DNA from: an uncultured Candidatus Rokubacteria bacterium
GTDB taxonomy: Bacteria > Methylomirabilota > Methylomirabilia > Rokubacteriales > DASRDR01
Reading direction: 5' to 3'
Assembly: GCA_963805625.1 (NCBI GenBank)
Contig: CAWDVE010000019.1
Span: 448,001 to 512,000 of the forward strand
DNA: 64,000 nucleotides
A model generated the notes under the pieces. It saw only the letters and a list, made by a program, of their open reading frames with translations, ran no database searches and was not told the origin of the DNA. Positions 10,204-18,152 of the stretch are shown here, one piece after another. Each line of letters starts with the position of its first letter. Position 1 is the first letter of the stretch. The position numbers and the translations under genes are program-made.

Positions 10204-10629
10204 TCACTCGGACTCGGCGGCCACCGCGGCGAGAGAGCGCCGCGGCTCGGCTGTCTGCGTCTGCTCCATCCGCTCCTGACAGGGACGGCATCGCTGGGCG
10301 AAGGGCAGGATCCGGAGGCGGGCGAGGCCGATGAAGCTCCCGCAGTCGCGGCAGAGGCCGTAGCGGCGGTCGCGCAGGAGCTCGAGCGCCGCGTTGACCT
10401 GGATCAGCTCCCGGCTCGCGCGGTCGACGAGGGCGGCCTGCAGCTCGTCGTCAAGGGTGCGGCTGGCCGAGGCGACCTGATCGCTGTCCTCGCCGGCGTG
10501 GCCCTGCCGTTCGCCGAGCCCCCGGCGGATCATGCCCGCCAGGACGAGCTGGCGGGTCCGCAGGAAGCGCCCGATCTCCTGGGCGGTCCGGCGGTCGAGG
10601 GCGTCGTGGCTCTTCGTGGTCGTGCTCAT
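10204..10629 (-). CDS. TraR/DksA C4-type zinc-finger protein
   Basis: YGLCRDCG..I...RL..LPFA.RCRPCQ; start may instead be at 10656. Confidence 0.85.
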   Translation of the reverse strand: MSTTTKSHDALDRRTAQEIGRFLRTRQLVLAGMIRRGLGERQGHAGEDSDQVASASRTLDDELQAALVDRASRELIQVNAALELLRDRRYGLCRDCGSFIGLARLRILPFAQRCRPCQERMEQTQTAEPRRSLAAVAAESE

Positions 10630-10689
10630 CGGCGTCACCTCGGTGCGCGGCGGCATCGTGGACCGCCGCGCGGTCGGGTGACGGAAGGC

Positions 10690-10811
10690 AGCAACGGCCG
10701 TGCCCGCGGGCCAGCCCAGGGAAGAAAGTCTTGATACTACTTGCTTTTCTGCACCCGATGAGGGCGCAGAGCGGAACGCGCGGTAGCGGGTGGTCGTGTA
10801 AGCGTTACACG
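10690..10811 (-). promoter_or_regulatory. Sigma-54 promoter with IHF-like site and palindromic UAS upstream of the DksA-like gene
   Basis: Minus strand GGCAC-GGCCG-TTGCT (10690-10704); TATCAAGACTTTC (10724-10736); palindrome CGTGTAA-GCG-TTACACG (10795-10811). Confidence 0.7.
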
Positions 10812-10877
10812 TGCCAGCGTGTAGACGCTGCCTCCAGCGAGCGGCCGATCTCACGGCGCCGCCGTTTCCGGCCCGGG

Positions 10878-12818
10878 TCAGGAGGCGCGTCTCGCGGGCA
10901 TGCAGAGGACGCGGTCCCCCGCCTGACCGGCGCTGATGGCCTGGTACTTCTCCCAGAACGCCTGGTCCACGAGCCGCATCTCCGGCGGGGCGTCCGATGA
11001 TCGGTAGCGGCGGTAGCGTCGCGGGCCGCCATGATAGGCGGAGTACGATGCGCGAGCCGCGTCGGAGAGGCGTTCCCGCGCCTCGCGGATCCCGTAGCGC
11101 CCGAGGAGCTGCCAGAGGATCTCGGTCCCGGCCCCCGCGTTGTAGCCGGCGCTCCAGCGGAGCTTCACGGGGTTGAAGAAGCCGCGCCACACGCGCACGT
11201 TGATTTGCATCATGCCGACGTCGCCGGTGGAGGACTGGATGGGGACGACCCCGCTACGATCGCGGACGAACTGGCGCCAGCAGCTCTCCTGCCAGGCGAC
11301 GGTCTTCACGAGGTCCCGGAAGAGGTGCTCGAAGTGGTCGCCGAGCACCTCCCCGTCGAAGGATCGCTCGGCGGCGAGGGTGAGGAGACGGTCGACGATC
11401 TCCCGGTACGCGGTGAGCTCGGCCGTGGCCGGGACCCACCGATCCAGCCGCTCCGAGAGCTCCCGCCAATCATCGGCTTCGTCCGCGTGCGCCGGGCGGG
11501 GAGTGAGCCAGGACGGGAGCCACGAGCGGGGCGCCGCCGGCTTCCGCCGGATCCGCCGCGGGGGAGCGTCGGGGTCCCTGAACCGGAATAGCTCCTGGAG
11601 CTTCGGGTCCGGCGCGTCGGAGTACTCGAGCGGGTCTCCCGCGTAACCCGGGGCGAGCGTACGGGCCAGCCGGCGAAGGCCGTCGGCCGAGAAGTCGAGG
11701 CCCGCCGACGGCGCCGCCGCTTCGATCGCGGTCAACGCGTCGCCCGCGGCCAGGAACACCACGAACCGGAGGGCGCGGGCGTCGTCGCTGCCCTTGCTCC
11801 CGGCGCGCCGCATGATGGCGCGGAGGCGGTCCCAGAGCCGGAGGAACAGGGGACGGACGGGGTCGACCCCCGCCTCGGGCCCCCGCCCGAGCACGGCCGT
11901 CACTTCGCGCCGGGCCGTGAGGAGCAGGTCCAGCAGCTCGGTCCGCATCTCGGGATCCGCGTCGCCCGCGACGTCCTTGACCAGGAATCCGAGGAAGCCG
12001 TCCCAGCTGTCCAGGAGAGCCTCCCACTGCTGGATCTCCGCGCGGGTCAGGGCCCGCTCGGGGGCGGGCGGGACGGGTGCCGCCGGGGGCAGGTCGAGGG
12101 TGACGCGGAGACGGACGGCGTCCGGCTCGACGGCCAGCTCGCGCGGCCGGAGTGTCTGGAGTGCCGCGGCTAGGCCTCCGGTGGGGGTGCTGAACGATCG
12201 GAGGAGGGTCCGGACCTGCTCGACGGGCGGCCCGAGGTCGAAACTGAAGGTTTCCAGCTCGGCCGCGCTCCAGTCCCGGACGACGGTCCAGAGCCGCGTG
12301 GCCACGGTCGCGGGCTGGCGGGCCGCGTTGTAGAGGCGGAAATCGACGTCCCGGAAGCGGAGCTGCCAGTCATGACCGAGCTCGGGTCGCGCCAGGATCT
12401 CCGCGTGACCGGTCCAGGTGATGGACCCGAAGCACCAGCCGAGCAGAGGAAGCCCGGCGGTCGCCGAGGCGGGCCCGGTGATCCGGAGCCGCTGGTCGGC
12501 GGGCTCGAGGACGGGATCGCGGACGACGAACGTGCCGCAGCCGTCGGGCGTCCGCCAGAGCTCGAGCGCGCCGCCGCTCTCCTCGCCGAGATGCTTCCGC
12601 ACGGCGGCGCGAAGCACCTCGTAGTCGATGGTCAGCGGGAACGTGACCTCGACCGCCGTCGCCTGCGCGGGCGCGACGAGGGCACTCACCAGGGCCGCGA
12701 TCGCGACGATCAGGGGGAGGCGAACCCGCCCGACCCCGGACGGCTCTCGATCCCGCGCGGGAAGTGATGCACGGCCGCCGGTTCTCGGTCGACGCATAGC
12801 CGAGTCTGATTCCAGCAT
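10878..12818 (-). CDS. Large secreted protein with C-terminal lytic transglycosylase (SLT) domain
   Basis: Hydrophobic signal-like segment; AWQES, GMMQIN and SAYHGG SLT motifs; start uncertain. Confidence 0.78.
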   Translation of the reverse strand: MLESDSAMRRPRTGGRASLPARDREPSGVGRVRLPLIVAIAALVSALVAPAQATAVEVTFPLTIDYEVLRAAVRKHLGEESGGALELWRTPDGCGTFVVRDPVLEPADQRLRITGPASATAGLPLLGWCFGSITWTGHAEILARPELGHDWQLRFRDVDFRLYNAARQPATVATRLWTVVRDWSAAELETFSFDLGPPVEQVRTLLRSFSTPTGGLAAALQTLRPRELAVEPDAVRLRVTLDLPPAAPVPPAPERALTRAEIQQWEALLDSWDGFLGFLVKDVAGDADPEMRTELLDLLLTARREVTAVLGRGPEAGVDPVRPLFLRLWDRLRAIMRRAGSKGSDDARALRFVVFLAAGDALTAIEAAAPSAGLDFSADGLRRLARTLAPGYAGDPLEYSDAPDPKLQELFRFRDPDAPPRRIRRKPAAPRSWLPSWLTPRPAHADEADDWRELSERLDRWVPATAELTAYREIVDRLLTLAAERSFDGEVLGDHFEHLFRDLVKTVAWQESCWRQFVRDRSGVVPIQSSTGDVGMMQINVRVWRGFFNPVKLRWSAGYNAGAGTEILWQLLGRYGIREARERLSDAARASYSAYHGGPRRYRRYRSSDAPPEMRLVDQAFWEKYQAISAGQAGDRVLCMPARRAS

Positions 12819-13036
12819 ACTCGACCTCTACGTCTCTGTCGGCGACCGGGTTTTGCCAGGGTACAGTGGGCCGGCACGGGCGCTCGGTGGCAGCGGCAGG
12901 AGACCGGCGCGGGGACCGGTGCCGGTTCCGTTCGCAGTGGGAGCCGTGAACCGCGTCATGAGCGTGGCACCCCTGATGGGCAGCCGATCCGTCGACGAAT
13001 GGTGCCGCTGCATATGCGAATTCATACACTGGTGCC

Positions 13037-13543
13037 ATGGAAACGGGGCGCCAGGCTCGGGGGCGTATCCTCGGCCGGACGGTGCCATGGCTCGTCCTCT
13101 CGGCTCTCCTTGTGGCGCCGGTTGCCGCGGAGGAGTTCACGGGTCGGGTTGTCGGGGTGACCGATGGGGACACGATCAAAGTCCTCCACGCCCATCGGTC
13201 CGAGACGGTGCGCCTGCTGGGCGTGGACGCGCCCGAGAGGCGTCAGGCCTACGGGGATCGCGCCCGGCGGTTCACGGCCGAGCTCGCGTTCGCCCTCACG
13301 GTCACCGTGCGGGCGAACGGGCGCGACCGGAACGGGCGCCTGCTCGGGGAGGTCGTCCTCCCGGACTGCCGGAGCCTGAACCAGGAGCTCGTGCGCGCCG
13401 GCTACGCCTGGTGGTTCCGGAAGTACTCCCGCGACATCCGGCTGGCCCATCTCGAGGAGGAGGCCCGCCAAGATCGCCGTGGTCTCTGGGCCGACGCTGC
13501 CCCCCAGGCCCCCTGGGAGTACCGGATCAGCGGGCGGCGATAG
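13037..13543 (+). CDS. Thermonuclease (SNase-like) family protein
   Basis: DGDTIKV, VRLLGVDAPE, DRNGRLL, RRGLWAD and PWEYR motifs; signal peptide. Confidence 0.9.
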   Translation: METGRQARGRILGRTVPWLVLSALLVAPVAAEEFTGRVVGVTDGDTIKVLHAHRSETVRLLGVDAPERRQAYGDRARRFTAELAFALTVTVRANGRDRNGRLLGEVVLPDCRSLNQELVRAGYAWWFRKYSRDIRLAHLEEEARQDRRGLWADAAPQAPWEYRISGRR

Positions 13544-13632
13544 CGATCGGTTGGAGAGAGTCGGCCGGCCCGCCGGATCTTCTCGTCTCGGCGGGACTGC
13601 GTGGATGCGCGGACCGGATCCGCCGACTAGTT

Positions 13633-14298
13633 TAGTGCCCCGGTTCCAGAGATTCCACGCCCCGCTCTATACTGCGAGGGATAGTCCCCCTTAAGGTCCA
13701 CCGAAAGGGACGGGCGGCGCGGTTCCAATGTCGGATGAGGCGGGCGATCCGCGTGGCACGTGCCTCGTAGGCCGCGTCGCTGGCCCGGGCGATCCTGCCG
13801 CTCGAGAATGTTGAGCCAGACTCGATCTGATTGAGCTACGAGCCATGGAGGAGCAGGAACTCGAGCCGGTCGCGGCCATCCGGAGCGGCAACCCAGGCCC
13901 GCACGTCGGGCGTCGTGTGGATCGAGAGATTGCCTGGGATTATGACCAAGCGGCCACGCGGCCATGTCTCATGCGGTCGGCCGAGCAGCTCCAGGAACTC
14001 GCCGGCCGCGCCGGCGCACCGCGTACCCGAATGCCGCGTCGCTGGCGCAGACACCATCGGACGACAGGTCGGACCGGACCTTGCGGCGAGAGTGGGGATC
14101 CGGGTTGTGCACCCATCCGGGGCGGTTAGAGCGCCGCGGCCTTCAGCCATCGCACCGTGCTCTGGCTGACGGTCGGCCGAATGTAGCCCAGGTCGGCGCG
14201 GCCTCCGCGAGCGGGCGCAGAGCCGACTGCGTCCGGGCGCCGGCCAGTTCACCCAGGGGCTGGCAGGCCGAGCGCGACGACCTCGTGCCGCTCAGCCC
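13633..14298 (-). mobile_element. Heavily degraded IS630-family insertion sequence remnant
   Basis: Frameshifted fragments ERHEVVAL.ACQP, SQSTVRWL, LVIIPGNLSIHTTPDVRAW, HGS*LNQIE and VWLNILERQ; IS630-like right end ...GGAACCGGGGCACTA at a TA. Confidence 0.7.
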
Positions 14299-14312
14299 GG
14301 TACGGGAGTCGC

Positions 14313-14471
14313 TGGGGCTCCGATGCCCCAGAGGGGTCGCGCCGCCCCAGGGTCAGGCGGCGTCCCTGGGAACTCGCGCCCTGCAAAGATCCGGACCCGT
14401 TGCCCGAATCGATGGTGGCCTGCCTCCGGGATCACGTGGAGGCCCAGGGAACGTCGATTGCACCGCATTGG
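14313..14471 (+). promoter_or_regulatory. Sigma-54 promoter/enhancer cassette, copy 1 (upstream of the CBS gene)
   Basis: Tandem palindromic boxes TGGGGC-N6-GCCCCA and AGGGGT-N6-GCCCCA; GGAAC-GTCGA-TTGCA at 14448-14462; homologous to 15635-15783. Confidence 0.7.
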
Positions 14472-14595
14472 AATGAACAGACGACCCTCAGGGTTCGAAG
14501 CCCTGGGAACAAGGCGTCTCCCGGTAACCGTGGGGGAGGTCCGGTGAGGCGGCCGGCACGGTGACGTTCGCGACCGCAGAAGGAGGGTCAGTCAA

Positions 14596-15021
14596 GTGAA
14601 CATCGCGAATGTCTTGGCCAGCAAGGGCGGTCGCGTGATCACGATCCGTCCTGACCAGACCGTGAGAGAGGCCCTGGAGCGTTTTGCCGAGCGCAATATC
14701 GGCGCGCTCGTCGTGGTAGACGACGCCCACGGGGCGGTAGGGATGATCACGGAGCGCGGCATCCTCCGTGCGGCGTTGACGAATGAACGTGTTCTCGGCG
14801 CGACCGTCGGCGCGGTGATGTCCAAGGAGGTCGTCATCGGACACCCCAGCGACGATCTGATGTCTGTCGCCCACACCATGACCGAGAAGCGAATCCGTCA
14901 CCTGCCCGTCCTGGACCAGGGGAAGCTGGTCGGGATCGTGTCGCTCGGTGACCTGGTCAGGGCACAGCGGGATCACTACGAGGGGCAGGTCGTGACCCTG
15001 GAGACCCTGCTGTCGGACTGA
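14596..15021 (+). CDS. Stand-alone CBS-pair protein
   Basis: NIGALVVV, GMITERG and RIRHLPV..GKLVGIVSLGDLV; RBS aggagg. Confidence 0.9.
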   Translation: MNIANVLASKGGRVITIRPDQTVREALERFAERNIGALVVVDDAHGAVGMITERGILRAALTNERVLGATVGAVMSKEVVIGHPSDDLMSVAHTMTEKRIRHLPVLDQGKLVGIVSLGDLVRAQRDHYEGQVVTLETLLSD

Positions 15022-15115
15022 CGATGCGCGCACCGCCCTGCTACGGAACGCAGAGTGAAGGCGGACACTCCAGGAGAGCGCGCCACGCCACGTTCCTCGG
15101 CGTCGGCGCGGGCGA

Positions 15116-15280
15116 TGGTTCGGAGAGCGCGAGGATCTGTCGGCGTTCCTAGACCTTCTCGTGCGCCGCCAGATCCAGCCGGTCATCGGAACACGCCTTC
15201 CGCTCACCGTGGCCGGGAGAGCTCACCGAATGCTGGAGGGAGCCGACGTCGCTGGAAAGATCGTGCTCGTGTCGAGCTAG
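15116..15280 (+). pseudogene. C-terminal remnant of a medium-chain dehydrogenase/quinone reductase
   Basis: Reads WFGEREDLSAFLDLLVRRQIQPVIGTRLPLTVAGRAHRMLEGADVAGKIVLVSS*, with no start or N-terminal domain. Confidence 0.6.
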
Positions 15281-15384
15281 CGCGGTAGGGTCTCCTCCGG
15301 GTCGCGCAGGATCGCACAGGCACAGTTGTGACCGGGGTGTCTCCGTGAGCTCGGCGCCCGAAACCGTGCCCCCGCCGCAGGGGT

Positions 15385-15541
15385 AACACGCTGATCCGGA
15401 AGACCGGAAACCGCCCCCTGAGCATGGCGTTCGGAAGCCCCCGGGAACAACTTCGTCGAATTCATCCAGCCGATCGACCAGACGATCCACGATTTCCGCC
15501 TCCGCGCGAGCTACGCGGGCGAGGGCTGGCAGCTTTCAGGG
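15385..15541 (+). pseudogene. Internal fragment resembling an MtrB/PioB-family outer-membrane beta-barrel
   Basis: NTLIRKTGNRPLSMAFGSP, a +1 shift in the C-run at 15438-15442, then GNNFVEFIQPIDQTIHDFRLRASYAGEGWQLSG; family assignment is from recall. Confidence 0.5.
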
Positions 15542-15634
15542 GAGCTGCGCGCTGAGGGCTCGGCATGGAGGTAGTCCGGCGTGCTCCGTCGGCTGCCCCC
15601 GTCACGCCATGAGCCGCCGGCGGACCAGAGCCAG

Positions 15635-15783
15635 TGGGACTCCGATGCCCCAGAGGGGCTGCGCTGTCCCAAGGTCAGACCGCATCGCTGAGAACCCGTG
15701 TGTTGCAAGGCTTCGGAACCATTGTACGAATCAACGGCGGCCTACTTCGGGAGGCCCGGGGAACGTGGATTGCACTGCACTGG
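15635..15783 (+). promoter_or_regulatory. Sigma-54 promoter/enhancer cassette, copy 2 (upstream of the USP gene)
   Basis: TGGGAC-N6-GCCCCA and AGGGGC-N6-GTCCCA boxes; GGAAC-GTGGA-TTGCA at 15760-15774. Confidence 0.7.
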
Positions 15784-15866
15784 GCCGAGCGTGGTACGGT
15801 TCGAGCCCGCGCCTGCGCCGGTCGGACCGCCCCGTAGCCAATCGGGGACACAGAGAGGGAGCCGCC

Positions 15867-16757
15867 GTGCAAACACGCCTCCAGCTGGCCCGCGTTCTGG
15901 TCCCCCTGGACGGCTCGACCTTGGCCGAGGCCATCCTGCCGGCCGTCGAGCGGCTGGCACGCGATCACGAGGCCGACGTGATCCTGCTCGAGGTCCTGGA
16001 GGGCCAGGGGACACGTGAGGCCGAGCTCGATGCGGAGCGGCAGGCCGGGGGCTACCTCCAACGGATGGTCGACTCCCTCCGGCGGCGCGGCCTCAAGCGG
16101 GTCTGCACGCGCGTCTGGTACGGCGATGCCGACCAGGCCATCGCTAACGCGGCCACGCGGGAGCGGGCCGATCTCGTCGCGATGTCGACCCACGGCCGGA
16201 GCGGCCTCGACTGGCTCCGCTTCGGGAGCGTCGCCGAGGGCGTGGTCCGCCGGGCACCCGTGCCGGTGCTGCTCGTCCGCGGCATCGCCGCCTGGGACCG
16301 GGGCGGGATCAACCGCATCTTGGTTCCGCTCGACCGGTCGGAGGCCTCCGAGGCGGTGCTCCCGCTCGTCTCATGCCTGGCCGGCCCTTTCGACTTCGAG
16401 ATCCAACTCCTGCACGTCGTCGAGGTGGCCCTACCCCTCTCGGGTTGGGAGGCCGCGGGGAAGGTTGTCCATGACGCGGAAGCCGAGGCCTACCTGGCCG
16501 AGATGGCCGCACTTCTCGAGGCCCGCGGGCTTCGCGTGGGTATGACAGTACGGGCGGGGCTTCCCGCCGAGGTCATCCCGGCGGTTGCTGCCGAGACGAA
16601 GAGTGGTCTGGTCGCGATGTCGACCCACGGCCGCTCGGGCCTGGGCCGGCTATTCCTTGGAAGCGTGGCCGAGCGCGTGCTGAGATCAGTGTCGGTGCCG
16701 GTGCTCCTGTGGAAGCCGCCAGCCGGCACCCGCGAGGCCGGACCGGCCCGCCCATGA
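15867..16757 (+). CDS. Universal stress protein (tandem USP domains)
   Basis: Two copies of LVPLD.S...AMSTHGRSGL....GSVAE.V.R...PVLL; GTG start. Confidence 0.92.
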   Translation: MQTRLQLARVLVPLDGSTLAEAILPAVERLARDHEADVILLEVLEGQGTREAELDAERQAGGYLQRMVDSLRRRGLKRVCTRVWYGDADQAIANAATRERADLVAMSTHGRSGLDWLRFGSVAEGVVRRAPVPVLLVRGIAAWDRGGINRILVPLDRSEASEAVLPLVSCLAGPFDFEIQLLHVVEVALPLSGWEAAGKVVHDAEAEAYLAEMAALLEARGLRVGMTVRAGLPAEVIPAVAAETKSGLVAMSTHGRSGLGRLFLGSVAERVLRSVSVPVLLWKPPAGTREAGPARP

Positions 16758-16779
16758 GCTCGAGATGGGAGGAAGCCCG

Positions 16780-18075
16780 ATGACCCGGAACAACCTGAGT
16801 GTGACCGACAACCGGACCGGCAAGACCTACGAGATCCCGATCGAGCACGGCGCGATCCGGGCAGTCGACCTCCGCCAGGTGAGGACGGGCCCCGACGACG
16901 TCGGCCTGCTCTCGTACGACCCCGCATTCATGAACACGGCGTCCTGCCGCAGCACAATCACGTACATCGACGGCGACCGCGGGATCCTCGAGTACCGGGG
17001 TTACCCGATCGAGCAGCTCGCCGAGCAGTCGTCGTACCTCGAGGTCGCGTACCTCCTGGTCCACGGCCAGCTGCCCACCGGAAGCCAGCTTACCGAGTGG
17101 CGCTGGGAGATCACGCACCACACGTGGATCCACGAGAACCTGAAGAAGTTCCTGGACACGTTCCACCACGACGCTCACCCGATGGCGATGCTCGTCTCCG
17201 CGGTCGCGGCGCTGTCGACGTTCTACCCCGAGGCGAAGAACGGCGCTGACGCCGAGGTCCGCCATCTGCAGGTCGTCCGCCTCATCGCCAAGATGCCGAC
17301 CCTCGCCGCGTTTGCCTATCGCCACGGGCTCGGCATGCCGTACGCGTACCCGGACAACGACCTCTCCTACGCCGGCAACTTCCTCAACATGCTCTTCAAG
17401 GCGACCGAGGTGAAGTACCAGCCGAACCCAGCCGTGGAGCGCGCCCTCGACGTGCTCTTCATCCTCCACGCGGACCACGAGCAGAACTGCTCCACGAACG
17501 CCGTGCGGGCCGTCGGCTCGTCCCAGGCCGACCCCTACTGCTCGCTCACCGCCGGCGTCGCCGCCCTCTACGGACCCCTCCACGGCGGCGCCAACGAGGC
17601 GGTCATCCGGATGCTCCAGGGCATCGGCTCCGTCCAGCAGGTGCCGGATTTCATCCGCCGCGTCAAGGGCGGGGAGGGCCGGCTCATGGGATTCGGGCAC
17701 CGCGTCTACAAGAACTACGATCCCCGCGCGAAGATCATCAAGCGGCTGGCGGAGGGGGTCTTTGCCGTTACCAAGCCCAACCCGCTGCTGTCCATCGCGC
17801 TCGAGCTCGAGCGCATCGCGCTCCAGGACGACTACTTCGTCCAGCGCAAGCTCTATCCAAACGTCGATTTCTACTCGGGTCTCATCTACCAGGCCCTCGG
17901 GTTTCCGGTCGACATGTTCCCGGTTCTCTTCGCGATCCCCCGGACCTCAGGCTGGCTCGCTCAGTGGCTGGAGATGACGGCCGATGCCGAGCAGAAGATC
18001 GCCCGGCCCCGGCAGCTCTACCTGGGCTCGCCGCGGAGGGAGTACGTTCCGGTCGACCGGCGCGAGGGGAGCTGA
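16780..18075 (+). CDS. gltA: Citrate synthase
   Basis: ILHADHEQNCST, GPLHGGANE, LMGFGHRVYKNYDPR and LYPNVDFYSG. Confidence 0.96.
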   Translation: MTRNNLSVTDNRTGKTYEIPIEHGAIRAVDLRQVRTGPDDVGLLSYDPAFMNTASCRSTITYIDGDRGILEYRGYPIEQLAEQSSYLEVAYLLVHGQLPTGSQLTEWRWEITHHTWIHENLKKFLDTFHHDAHPMAMLVSAVAALSTFYPEAKNGADAEVRHLQVVRLIAKMPTLAAFAYRHGLGMPYAYPDNDLSYAGNFLNMLFKATEVKYQPNPAVERALDVLFILHADHEQNCSTNAVRAVGSSQADPYCSLTAGVAALYGPLHGGANEAVIRMLQGIGSVQQVPDFIRRVKGGEGRLMGFGHRVYKNYDPRAKIIKRLAEGVFAVTKPNPLLSIALELERIALQDDYFVQRKLYPNVDFYSGLIYQALGFPVDMFPVLFAIPRTSGWLAQWLEMTADAEQKIARPRQLYLGSPRREYVPVDRREGS

Positions 18076-18152
18076 TCCAGTGTGCCAGCTGCCCGCACAA
18101 GAGCTCGACGAGGCCGAGTTCCTCGCGAGCCGGAAAGCCTAGGGAGGTTCCG

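Noticed and set aside
15609-15866. N-terminal extensions in the ORF track (e.g. USP from 15609, ppdK from 3491, SBP from 27237, DUF1326 from 51269)
   Set aside because: The extensions run through promoters or neighbouring genes; downstream starts match the RBS and domain boundaries
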